NCBI GenBank assembly: GCA_027053075.1
Contig: JALUEE010000104.1
Span: 1 to 25,481 of the forward strand
Origin: a candidate division WOR-3 bacterium
GTDB lineage: Bacteria; Hydrothermota; Hydrothermia; B15-G9; WFZT01
Length of the DNA stretch: 25,481 nt
Direction of reading: 5' to 3'
Made by a program: the position numbers and the translations under genes. A model generated the notes under the pieces. The model was not told the origin of the DNA. It ran no database searches and saw nothing but the letters and a program-made list of their open reading frames with translations. Of the stretch, positions 1 through 7,911 are shown one piece after another. Position 1 is the stretch's first letter; every line of letters starts with the position of its first letter.

Positions 1-165
1 CGCACTTCGTGCGCGGCGCCCCCAACATATAATTTCATCCCCATGCAAGTGCCTTCGAATTAATGAAAATCCTAAAAGTTGACGTCACCACCTAAAAATT
101 CTACGAAGAGGAGCTCTCACGTAGCAGGGATTTTCCTCACCAACAGAATATTTCATTTCTTACCG

Positions 166-294
166 CCCCTTCCCAGCATAAATATCTGTGGGAAAAACAA
201 TTTAGGTGAGGAGCTACATATTGGATTTTTTTAAGATTTCAAGTGGAATGCCCCCCTCCCTGAAGCCCGCCCCCGCGCACAGCGCGGGGGCGGG
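166..294 (-). repeat. REP-like mosaic (hairpin unit + conserved linker + degenerate unit)
   Basis: Perfect 13-bp stem CCCGCCCCCGCGC-aca-GCGCGGGGGCGGG (266-294) with C-rich tail at 251-260. The reverse complement of 220-250 matches the linkers at 14276-14309 and 20240-20270. A degenerate unit ATGTAGCTCCTCACC... lies at 166-219 (-). Confidence 0.8.
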
Positions 295-431
295 AAATGC
301 TTTTCGTCATTTCTGGGCACAAGTTTCTTTTATGAGGGAAAAGTATTTTGTGTTTTCTGAGCACACAATTTGTGCTTCTTGGGATATGGGCACAGTTTTT
401 AGATTCAATCTATAAGCCCCACATCAAAAAT

Positions 432-487
432 CTTCCTCTCCCCGCATAAATTCTTTGCGGGGAGAGGATTGAGGTGAGGGGTTACAT
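432..487 (-). repeat. REP-like palindromic unit
   Basis: Minus strand reads ATGTAACCCCTCACCTCAATCCTCTCCCCGCAAAGAATTTATGCGGGGAGAGGAAG, with a 13-bp stem 434-446/456-468; near-identical to 14060-14114. Confidence 0.9.
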
Positions 488-591
488 TTAAAATTTCCTC
501 GAAGGTCAATTCACTAATCTTTTTCTCCCGCGAAGTCATAGAGCATTTACTCCAGTGGAATTTTTCATTTTATAGGCTTAAAATTTGTGGC

Positions 592-867
592 ATGAAAGTT
601 AGGGCTCACGTTTTCGTCTCAGGAAGGGTTCAGGGGGTGTTTTTCAGGGACTACACCAGAAGGATGGCAAATAAATATGGAGTTACAGGATGGGTTAGAA
701 ACCTGCCAGATGGTCGAGTTGAAGCGGTTTTTGAAGGTGATGAGGAGAACGTTAAGAAGATGATTGAATGGTGTCATGTTGGTTCCCCGGCGGCTCGTGT
801 TGACCACGTTGAGGTACATTATGAGCCTTACAAAGGGGAATTCGAAGACTTTAGAATAAGGTGGTGA
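592..867 (+). CDS. acyP: acylphosphatase
   Basis: 91 aa with signatures GRVQGVFFR and [17 protein letters not shown]. Confidence 0.95.
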   Translation: MKVRAHVFVSGRVQGVFFRDYTRRMANKYGVTGWVRNLPDGRVEAVFEGDEENVKKMIEWCHVGSPAARVDHVEVHYEPYKGEFEDFRIRW

Positions 868-869
868 AA

Positions 870-2297
870 ATGCAGATTAGAGAGATTCATGAGAAATACA
901 AAGCCCGAGAACTCACGATAAGTGATGTTCTGGAACAGGTGTTTGATACAATAAAAAGCAAGGAAAACGAAATTAATGCATACATCAGCCTCTACGAGGA
1001 TGAAGCAAGAGAGAGGGCAGTTGAGCTCGAGAAAAATCTAAGTGATGATATTTCCCCACTTTACGGCATTCCAGTTGCGGTCAAGGACAATATCTCAACA
1101 AAGGATATGGACACAACATGTGGCTCGCGTATTCTTTTAGGTTACAGGCCACCCTATAATGCCACTGTGGTGGACAGAATCTTAAATCAGGGGGCAATAA
1201 TCATCGGAAAAACCAATATGGATGAATTTGCCATGGGCTCCTCAGGTGAGCACTCGTATTTTGGTCCCACACGAAACCCTCACAATACCGAATATGTGCC
1301 AGGTGGCTCGTCCAGTGGCTCATCAGCGGCAGTTGCAGCGGGTGAAGCAGTGGCTGCCCTCGGGTCAGATACCGGTGGTTCCATTAGACAGCCGGCTTCC
1401 TTCTGCGGTGTGGTGGGACTTAAACCCACTTACGGCAGGGTTTCAAGATATGGACTCGTTGCCTTTGGCTCCTCACTCGACCAAATAGGTCCAATTACAA
1501 ACTCCGTCTATGACTCTGCCATTCTTTTCACAGCAATCGCGGGATTTGATCCCATGGATTCGACCTCGGTCGATATGCCTCTCCCTGATATTAATGAAAT
1601 ATTTGAAAATTACGACAAAAACCGCTTCACCATCGGAATCCCGGACGAATACTTTGTCGAGGGAGTGAATGAAGATGTGAAATCAGGAGTACTCGAGGTT
1701 GCGAAAAGATTCGAGGAGGCAGGATTTAAGCTCAAAAGAATTAGCCTGAAACACACTGAATACGCAATTTCTGTTTATTACATTATTGCAACATCTGAAG
1801 CAAGCTCCAACCTTGCCCGTTACGATGGTGTTCGCTACGGTTTCAGGGCAAAGGGTTATGAGACCCTTGATGAGATGTACAAAAAGACCCGAACCGAGGG
1901 GTTTGGTGAGGAGGTAAAGCGTCGAATTCTTCTTGGAACTTTTGCCCTTTCTGCAGGCTATTACGATGCCTATTATCTCAATGCACAGCGAGCAAGAAGG
2001 TTGATAAAAGAGGACTTCGATACGGCATTTAAAGATGTGGACCTCATCCTTACCCCTGTCTCCCCTACCCCACCTTTCAAAATTGGAGAAAAGATTGAAG
2101 ACCCGGTGTCCCTTTACCTCTCGGATATCTTCACGGTAACAGCCAGTCTTGCCGGTCTGCCTGCAATTTCAATTCCATGTTGCCGCTCAAAAAATGGCCT
2201 ACCCATAGGATTTCAGCTGATAGGACGTCCGTTTGACGAAAAAACAATCTTTCAGGCCGGCAGGTTTTACGAGGAATTTCTGAAAGATGAAGGGTAA
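870..2297 (+). CDS. gatA: Asp-tRNA(Asn)/Glu-tRNA(Gln) amidotransferase subunit A
   Basis: Amidase signature PGGSSSGS...GSDTGGSIRQPA, KDN motif, and GatA-specific SNLARYDGVRYG and GFGEEVKRRILLGTFALSAGYYDAYY. ATG at 870 preferred over GTG at 861. Confidence 0.95.
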   Translation: MQIREIHEKYKARELTISDVLEQVFDTIKSKENEINAYISLYEDEARERAVELEKNLSDDISPLYGIPVAVKDNISTKDMDTTCGSRILLGYRPPYNATVVDRILNQGAIIIGKTNMDEFAMGSSGEHSYFGPTRNPHNTEYVPGGSSSGSSAAVAAGEAVAALGSDTGGSIRQPASFCGVVGLKPTYGRVSRYGLVAFGSSLDQIGPITNSVYDSAILFTAIAGFDPMDSTSVDMPLPDINEIFENYDKNRFTIGIPDEYFVEGVNEDVKSGVLEVAKRFEEAGFKLKRISLKHTEYAISVYYIIATSEASSNLARYDGVRYGFRAKGYETLDEMYKKTRTEGFGEEVKRRILLGTFALSAGYYDAYYLNAQRARRLIKEDFDTAFKDVDLILTPVSPTPPFKIGEKIEDPVSLYLSDIFTVTASLAGLPAISIPCCRSKNGLPIGFQLIGRPFDEKTIFQAGRFYEEFLKDEG

Positions 2298-3141
2298 GTG
2301 GAAGGGGCTTTTGTTTGGACCAGCTGGTGTTCCTCATTCGGCAGCCAAACGCTCCACAGAAGAAGGAATTAAACAGGTGGCAAATCTGGACCTCGATTGT
2401 ATGGAACTCGAGTTTGTTCAGGGTGTGAGGATGAAGCCCGAGCTTGCCCGTCGGGTCAACGACTTAAGAAAAAAGCTGGGAATTGAGCTCACTGTCCATG
2501 CCCCATATTTCATAAATTTGAATACAAAAGAGCCCGAGAAATTCAGGAAATCCATCGAAAGGATACTTGATTCCGCTCGCATTGGCTATCTTGCTGGGGC
2601 TAAAAGTGTCACTTTTCACGCAGCTTTTTACCAGAAAGACGAGCCTCAGAAGGTTTATGAAAGGGTAAAAGCTGCCCTTGAAGAAATTCTTGAAACACTG
2701 GATAAAGAGGGGATTGAGATTGATATTCGGCCCGAAACCACAGGAAAGCCCACACAATTTGGGACTCTGGAAGAAATTTTGAAGCTTTCTGAGGAATTTA
2801 AAGGGAGGGTCTATCCCTGCGTTGACTTCGCGCACCTTCATGCACGCTCAGTGGGGAAAGAAAATACCTACGAGGAATTTATAAGAAGTCTTGAGCTAAT
2901 TGAGGATTATCTCGGCAGGGAAGGACTCGAAAATATGCACATCCATATTTCTGGAATTGCCTACGGGCCTAAGGGGGAGAGAAATCACCTGAATCTCGAA
3001 GAATCAGATATGCAGTACAGAGAGCTTATCCAGGCTTTCATTGATAAAGACATCAAGGGCTGCGTCGTATCGGAGAGTCCAAATCTGGAGGGAGACGCAA
3101 TTATGCTTAAAAAGCTATACCATGAGTTCAGGAACAAATGA
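2287..3141 (+). CDS. nfo: endonuclease IV family AP endonuclease (archaeal-type TIM barrel)
   Basis: Metal-ligand motifs HAPYFINL, FH, PETTGK, DFAHLHAR, HIHISGI, RNHLNL, SESPNLE. Confidence 0.85.
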   Translation: MKGKWKGLLFGPAGVPHSAAKRSTEEGIKQVANLDLDCMELEFVQGVRMKPELARRVNDLRKKLGIELTVHAPYFINLNTKEPEKFRKSIERILDSARIGYLAGAKSVTFHAAFYQKDEPQKVYERVKAALEEILETLDKEGIEIDIRPETTGKPTQFGTLEEILKLSEEFKGRVYPCVDFAHLHARSVGKENTYEEFIRSLELIEDYLGREGLENMHIHISGIAYGPKGERNHLNLEESDMQYRELIQAFIDKDIKGCVVSESPNLEGDAIMLKKLYHEFRNK

Positions 3142-4526
3142 CGCTTTTCCTCGCAGTATTATCATTCATACTCACACCCATCAGCAATCCTTCAGACTGG
3201 AGATTTCCCTCGCTTACATACAGATATATGGACCGACAGGCAACTCTAAAGGGACAAAGTTTATTTACGTTTTACCCGATCGAAGAGACGGCCCGGGATT
3301 TTAGTAGGGGTTTAACCATCCAGAGCTATTTTGACAATAGTCTGCGGGCTGAAGGGAGTTCGAAGTATTTAAACTACTTTGAGCTTGGATTTGATGGAAA
3401 GTTTCAAATCAACCGATTCTGGTCCATCGAGGATGAGGTCGTATTTTTCAATAAAAAGTCTCGTGATTTTACGTTGCCGTATTACGATGCCCTGAATGAC
3501 TATCGCAGGAAACTCTACATTCTTAAGGGAGAAGCGGCCATCGGGATGGCAAGTTTCTTTGACCTTAGGATGGAAAAGGCCTATTGCGAATTCAGGATTA
3601 AAGACCTTATCCTTCGTATGGGTAGGTTTAACATAAGGATGGGCCCTGGATATTCGGCCAATTTCCTCTTTTCCGGGATCAACCAGCCACTTGATTTTTT
3701 GTACTACTTTCAGGGGGATTACAGGGAAAAACTTAAATTCGTGTTTTTCAATGCCGGGATGCCGGATACAGTTGAAGCCAAACGTGTGGCATATCAGAGG
3801 GTGGAAATAAATCCCTTTAAAAGGGTGTCCTTTGGCTTCTCGGATGCAGTGATTTACACCCGGAAAAACCTCTTCAAGTACATAAATCCGGTGGATTTTT
3901 ACTACCTGATCCAGAGGCACAGTAAGGACAACGATGATAATCTATTAGCCGAGGGGAATGTAACTGTCTATTTCCCAGCAAGGAGCAAGATATATTTCAT
4001 TTTCCTTGACGACGACTGGATTATAACTCCCGGTGACAACCAGGCTTCACTCTATGGATATATGCTGGGATTTTACACGGTCAATCCATTGAGGCTAAAA
4101 AAGATGGACTTCAGGTTTGAGTACAGTGAGGTTTCACCCTGGACCTATGCCCATTTTTCCCACACAAATACCTGGGCAATTAATTTCACACCTCTTGGGC
4201 ACTGGGCCGGCAATGATTTCAGGCATGTTCTCATGGAATTGGGATACTGGAGAACTCCGCGGGAGCTCATTACACTGGACATTGAATATCTTGAGCATGG
4301 AATGGGGAACCTACGAATCCCCTGGGAAGAATCTTCTTTGCCAGGAAACCTAAACTGGCCCTTGCCCCCCGTGGAGAAATCTTTATCTGCTTACGTTATG
4401 TATGAAAGGGAGAGCGATTTACTGACCTTATACTCAAAACTTGGCCTTGTGTATGATGAAGATCATTTCACCCCCATTCTATCAATTTTTGCAAAGGTCA
4501 ATATACCTTTGACCGTAAAGTTTTAG
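3138..4526 (+). CDS. outer-membrane beta-barrel protein, capsule assembly Wzi-like
   Basis: N-terminal hydrophobic signal, aromatic-rich amphipathic strands, GR..RMGPG and PLGHWAGND motifs resembling the Wzi family, C-terminal Phe. ATGA overlap with the nfo stop. Confidence 0.6.
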   Translation: MTLFLAVLSFILTPISNPSDWRFPSLTYRYMDRQATLKGQSLFTFYPIEETARDFSRGLTIQSYFDNSLRAEGSSKYLNYFELGFDGKFQINRFWSIEDEVVFFNKKSRDFTLPYYDALNDYRRKLYILKGEAAIGMASFFDLRMEKAYCEFRIKDLILRMGRFNIRMGPGYSANFLFSGINQPLDFLYYFQGDYREKLKFVFFNAGMPDTVEAKRVAYQRVEINPFKRVSFGFSDAVIYTRKNLFKYINPVDFYYLIQRHSKDNDDNLLAEGNVTVYFPARSKIYFIFLDDDWIITPGDNQASLYGYMLGFYTVNPLRLKKMDFRFEYSEVSPWTYAHFSHTNTWAINFTPLGHWAGNDFRHVLMELGYWRTPRELITLDIEYLEHGMGNLRIPWEESSLPGNLNWPLPPVEKSLSAYVMYERESDLLTLYSKLGLVYDEDHFTPILSIFAKVNIPLTVKF

Positions 4527-4690
4527 TGATCCTCGGGGAAAATATGTCCACAGAAATTATTGGCTACCACTATTGCTGGATACAGACCTCTGTATTTGTC
4601 TCCAAATTGCTTAAATTCCATGACCCACTGGTTTTCCGGGTGAATTCATTTCTTTCAAAGGCTTCGTGCGTGTTCAGCTGCTAAGAGACT

Positions 4691-4724
4691 TCTCTCTCCT
4701 CCGCACTTTTCGTGAGGGAGGGAA
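4691..4724. repeat. degenerate REP-like hairpin between convergent genes
   Basis: TCTCTCTCCTCCGCAC-tttt-CGTGAGGGAGGGAA followed by GAATTCAGG, similar to the unit at 20196-20233; imperfect stem. Confidence 0.45.
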
Positions 4725-4762
4725 GAATTCAGGAGCCATACCACTTTTAAATTTTTATCAAT

Positions 4763-5161
4763 TCATGAGAATGTTTCAATAAGCCACTCTTTGATTTCGT
4801 CTCTTACCTCGCGAAATTTCTGTAGTGCCTCGTCTCCTTCATACTGTGATGGGTCTTCGAATCCTTTGTGAAGGTATTTTCTGGCCCCTGGAAAGAATGG
4901 ACAGCTTTCTTTTGCCTGATCACAGACAGTTACAACATAATCAAATTTCCAACCCCTGAATTCTTCGACACTTTTAGAACGGTGGTGAGAGATATCTATG
5001 CCTATTTCTGCCATGACTTTAATAGCTAAAGGATTTACCCTTGTAGCAACAGTACCGGCAGAATAGCTTTCAAACTTATCACCAAATAGGGCTTTCATCA
5101 GCCCCTCAGCCATCTGTGACCTCGCAGAATTATGCGTGCAGATAAAAAGAATTTTCTGCAT
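4763..5161 (-). CDS. arsC: thioredoxin-coupled arsenate reductase (LMW-PTP fold)
   Basis: P-loop CTHNSARSQMAE, resolving cysteines in VTVCDQAKESCPFFPG, and FEDP motif. Confidence 0.88.
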   Translation of the reverse strand: MQKILFICTHNSARSQMAEGLMKALFGDKFESYSAGTVATRVNPLAIKVMAEIGIDISHHRSKSVEEFRGWKFDYVVTVCDQAKESCPFFPGARKYLHKGFEDPSQYEGDEALQKFREVRDEIKEWLIETFS

Positions 5162-5164
5162 TCC

Positions 5165-5563
5165 TTACTCTTTCTTTGCCTGGCTATAAGATTTGTAAAA
5201 GTTGACTACCGGCAGTAAGATTCTGATAGGTGAATTATAAGTTAGCATAAATACAGCACCTCTCAAAGTCATGTACACAGAGGGAATTATGTTCCCATAA
5301 ATATACTTTTCTTTTGTAGCCTTACTCATTTTTGTGTTGAATTCAAAAATTGCATAACCCCTGGCCTCAAAGAAAATGTTTTCTTCTTGTTCCACAGTCA
5401 GAGTGTAACCAATTTTGTATTGCTCTACATTTTTGCGCTTTCTTACTTTGAATGAGAAATCGACATCTCCCGGCAGGATAGATACGTTTTTCTTTTTGAA
5501 TGAATAACTAACTTCCTCAATTTCAAATTTTAGGATATTTATATCTGCACCATACAGTTTCAT
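5165..5563 (-). CDS. SecB-like chaperone of a toxin-antitoxin-chaperone (TAC) module
   Basis: 132 aa with beta-rich N-half. C-terminal NIIPSVYMTLRGAVFMLTYNSPIRILLPVVNF matches the SecB pattern N...Y..LR.....T......L.LP..NF. Third gene after the toxin and antitoxin. Confidence 0.8.
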   Translation of the reverse strand: MKLYGADINILKFEIEEVSYSFKKKNVSILPGDVDFSFKVRKRKNVEQYKIGYTLTVEQEENIFFEARGYAIFEFNTKMSKATKEKYIYGNIIPSVYMTLRGAVFMLTYNSPIRILLPVVNFYKSYSQAKKE

Positions 5564-5575
5564 GAAAAACTCCTT

Positions 5576-5974
5576 TTACGCAGCTCGTTGGAAATCATTT
5601 TCGTCGAATTTATATTTAGGAAAGTCGATTACCTCTTGCCATGAACGATTGGATGTGGATTCTTCAGTTTTTCTAAAAGACATTTGTTCAATAGGTTGCA
5701 TTTTTATTTCTACATTTAGACCAAGAGCAAGTGCGAGTTTTAATAAGGTTTTTAATGAAATATTTTCGTTGCCTTTCAGAATTTTTGAGATATAGGCATC
5801 AGACACACCTAATCTTTTCGCTAACTCTCTCTGAGAGATTCCTTTTTGCTTCATTCTCTCATAAATTGTCTCGGTTAAATCGTAAAGTAGTTCTTCGAGC
5901 TTAAACCAGAAACTATTTTCATTTTCCCTGATATAGTTTCTAATTCTCTCTTCTAATGTCTTCTTTTGAGCCAT
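5576..5974 (-). CDS. HigA-like Xre/Cro HTH antitoxin with C-terminal ChAD-like extension
   Basis: HTH MKQKGISQRELAKRLGVSDAYISKILKGNENISLKTLLKLALALG, followed by a tail of about 40 aa ending WQEVIDFPKYKFDENDFQRAA. Starts 1 nt after the toxin stop. Confidence 0.85.
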   Translation of the reverse strand: MAQKKTLEERIRNYIRENENSFWFKLEELLYDLTETIYERMKQKGISQRELAKRLGVSDAYISKILKGNENISLKTLLKLALALGLNVEIKMQPIEQMSFRKTEESTSNRSWQEVIDFPKYKFDENDFQRAA

Positions 5975-5975
5975 A

Positions 5976-6362
5976 CTAATCCTCCTTTTTTAAAAATTTT
6001 TCAAGTATTTCCTGTGCATTTTTATACACTATTTTCTTAACATTTCCTTTTCTTACACCATTGCTCAAATAGGCTATATTTTTTAGAAAATCAGGGGAAA
6101 GGAATATTCTTATCTGGGGTTTGGTGTGAATTCTGAACTCCCACAAATTGTGAGATGAGAGTTTTTTGAATTTTTTCGGGTTTTGGGGAAATCCATTATC
6201 TGCAACTTTTTTAATAAATGCTATCACTCTCTGTCTCTCGTGTTTACCAAGGGAGTTTAAAAACTCCTCAATATAGATTCGCTCTCTTCCGCCTGGTGAT
6301 ATCTTTTTAATAGCCATGATAGTCAGTTTAGCACCTTTATAAAAGATTTCTGCTTCATACAC
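5976..6362 (-). CDS. RelE/HigB (Gp49-like) type II toxin
   Basis: Basic 128-aa protein with EEFLNSL...FKKLSSHNLWEFRI...QIRIF...NGVRK, a RelE/ParE-fold pattern. Toxin-first order as in higBA. GTG start with GGAG 10 nt upstream. Confidence 0.8.
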   Translation of the reverse strand: MYEAEIFYKGAKLTIMAIKKISPGGRERIYIEEFLNSLGKHERQRVIAFIKKVADNGFPQNPKKFKKLSSHNLWEFRIHTKPQIRIFLSPDFLKNIAYLSNGVRKGNVKKIVYKNAQEILEKFLKKED

Positions 6363-6379
6363 TTTATTAAATCTCCATG

Positions 6380-6414
6380 GACATGAGTTTAACTTATAAG
6401 TTAAACCATGTCAA
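6380..6414 (-). promoter_or_regulatory. sigma70-type promoter of the TAC operon with overlapping palindromic operator
   Basis: TTGACA (6414-6409), 17 bp, TAAACT (6391-6386). Perfect 20-bp palindrome GTTTAACTTATAAGTTAAAC (6387-6406), extendable by GACATG/CATGTC arms. Confidence 0.85.
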
Positions 6415-6526
6415 GTTATCGAAAATTTTGGAAGATGTAATATTCTGCCAACAAAGAGGATAAAAATGGTTCAAGCCTTCTTAACTCAGCACTGATTTTT
6501 CCTCATTTTGCCTTAAGCTATTACAC

Positions 6527-6561
6527 ATTGAGCTCCGCAAGCGAAGCTTGCGGGGCTCAAT
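6527..6561. other. 16-bp stem hairpin with GC-GAA-GC loop (possible terminator/stabiliser or REP-like element)
   Basis: ATTGAGCTCCGCAAGC-GAA-GCTTGCGGGGCTCAAT with one T-G pair. Lies between the barrel gene 3' end and the TAC promoter; no clear U-tract. Confidence 0.6.
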
Positions 6562-6644
6562 AAATCCTATATTCCAAAATCTCAATAGTATCCAGGACTG
6601 TGCAACCCATTAAATTCAAGGCACAGCGAAAAATTCAACCTCCC

Positions 6645-7886
6645 TCAAAAACTATACTTTATCTCCACAAAGGCAAGTTTGCCCAGATGCTTGCCCATCT
6701 CGCTGAAGGGTGATGAGCCTTTTCCTCCACTTAAAAACAACCCCATCACAATGTTTACCGCATCAGCAGGAGAATAAATTATCTTCGGGATGGTGAAATA
6801 ATCATCATCGCTGTAATCATAGATGATGGTTTGGTCAGCACTCCAGTTGCCCGAAGGTGAATTATATCCAAGTGTTAAGGTTCCGTAATAGATTTTCTCA
6901 TGTGTCTGAAAGTTGAATTTCTCGGCAAACTTCAATAGCATCCCGGACATAGGGTCATCAAAGTCCGTGGAGTCCCTGAAATTTTTGATGTATTTGACTC
7001 CACCCTGGATGCCAAACTTTATTTTTTCGTCAAAGAATGTGCGACTGCCACCGGCAACTGCATATAAATATGAATTCTTCACCAGCGGGTCCTCACCATC
7101 CCTGTCCTTTGTATCAAAATATGCCCCTTCACCATGAATTTCCCAGCCACTCAACGTCGTCGAAAAATCGGCACCATACATCTTTATCAGGTTATATACA
7201 GGATAAATCACAACACCAAGGGGAGGTGGAGGTGCCACTACTTTTGATTCAAAATCAGGGTCTCTGTCGTAAATACTGAGGTAAGTTGTAGAAAATTCAA
7301 AGTTTGTCAGAAAACCGTGTAGTCTCAATCCATACTGTGTGTACTTTACGTCTTTTCCGGGCTTCACCGCTCTCGTGGGGTCAAATTCAATAACCACACC
7401 TGGTCCTTCAACTTGAAAAGCGGGCATCGGGTACTTATTGGGTGTAAAGGCCGGGAATAGATAGACAGAAAAGATAAAATTGGAAAAATTAACATCAAGA
7501 TTGACTTCTTCGACTCCCTTTTTAAATTCCTCCATATCAGAGTGAAGGGTTGTATAATCCCGCGGTGTGATCACGTCAGTGGGGTTGAGCCAGTCCGCTG
7601 TCCCAATACTCACAATCTTCTTACCAGCAGTCAAATCAAACATGCCCTTTTCTATTGAAAAGTAGCCTTCAATGGGCTCCATGGTAAGCGTGTCTTTTAT
7701 CCGATCATAGCCAAAGTTAAATGCTCCATACCCCTCTACGTTGCCGCTCTGGAAGGAAATCTTCAGCTGCATTGACGTTGCAAGTTTTTCGTAAGTTTTG
7801 ATAGTATCAATTCTTCCATATCCCTCAAATCTCAGATACCCCCCAAGGGGGAAGTTTGCTATGAGCAATAATGCTAAGAGATTCAT
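6645..7886 (-). CDS. putative outer-membrane beta-barrel (DUF1302-like porin)
   Basis: Signal peptide, DLTAGKKIVSIGTADWLNPTDVITP motif, C-terminal beta-signal VEIKYSF; last gene of the RND/LolA-like cluster. Confidence 0.65.
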   Translation of the reverse strand: MNLLALLLIANFPLGGYLRFEGYGRIDTIKTYEKLATSMQLKISFQSGNVEGYGAFNFGYDRIKDTLTMEPIEGYFSIEKGMFDLTAGKKIVSIGTADWLNPTDVITPRDYTTLHSDMEEFKKGVEEVNLDVNFSNFIFSVYLFPAFTPNKYPMPAFQVEGPGVVIEFDPTRAVKPGKDVKYTQYGLRLHGFLTNFEFSTTYLSIYDRDPDFESKVVAPPPPLGVVIYPVYNLIKMYGADFSTTLSGWEIHGEGAYFDTKDRDGEDPLVKNSYLYAVAGGSRTFFDEKIKFGIQGGVKYIKNFRDSTDFDDPMSGMLLKFAEKFNFQTHEKIYYGTLTLGYNSPSGNWSADQTIIYDYSDDDYFTIPKIIYSPADAVNIVMGLFLSGGKGSSPFSEMGKHLGKLAFVEIKYSF

Positions 7887-7911
7887 TTCGCTCCCTCCTT
7901 TCGCTCCCTCC

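Noticed and set aside
80..89. TGACGTCACC, matching 10 nt of the MITE left end
   Set aside because: No partner inverted end or target duplication is visible nearby; a 10-mer containing a palindrome can arise by chance.
206..415. 69-aa ORF
   Set aside because: Runs through REP units and linker; no RBS or recognisable domain.
4527..4690. Possible gene remnant or short minus-strand ORF (MEFKQFGDKYRGLYP...) between the Wzi-like gene and arsC
   Set aside because: About 32 codons, with no RBS or recognisable homology.
4763..5161. Arsenic-resistance operon
   Set aside because: Only arsC is present; no arsR, acr3/arsB, arsA or arsD in the window.
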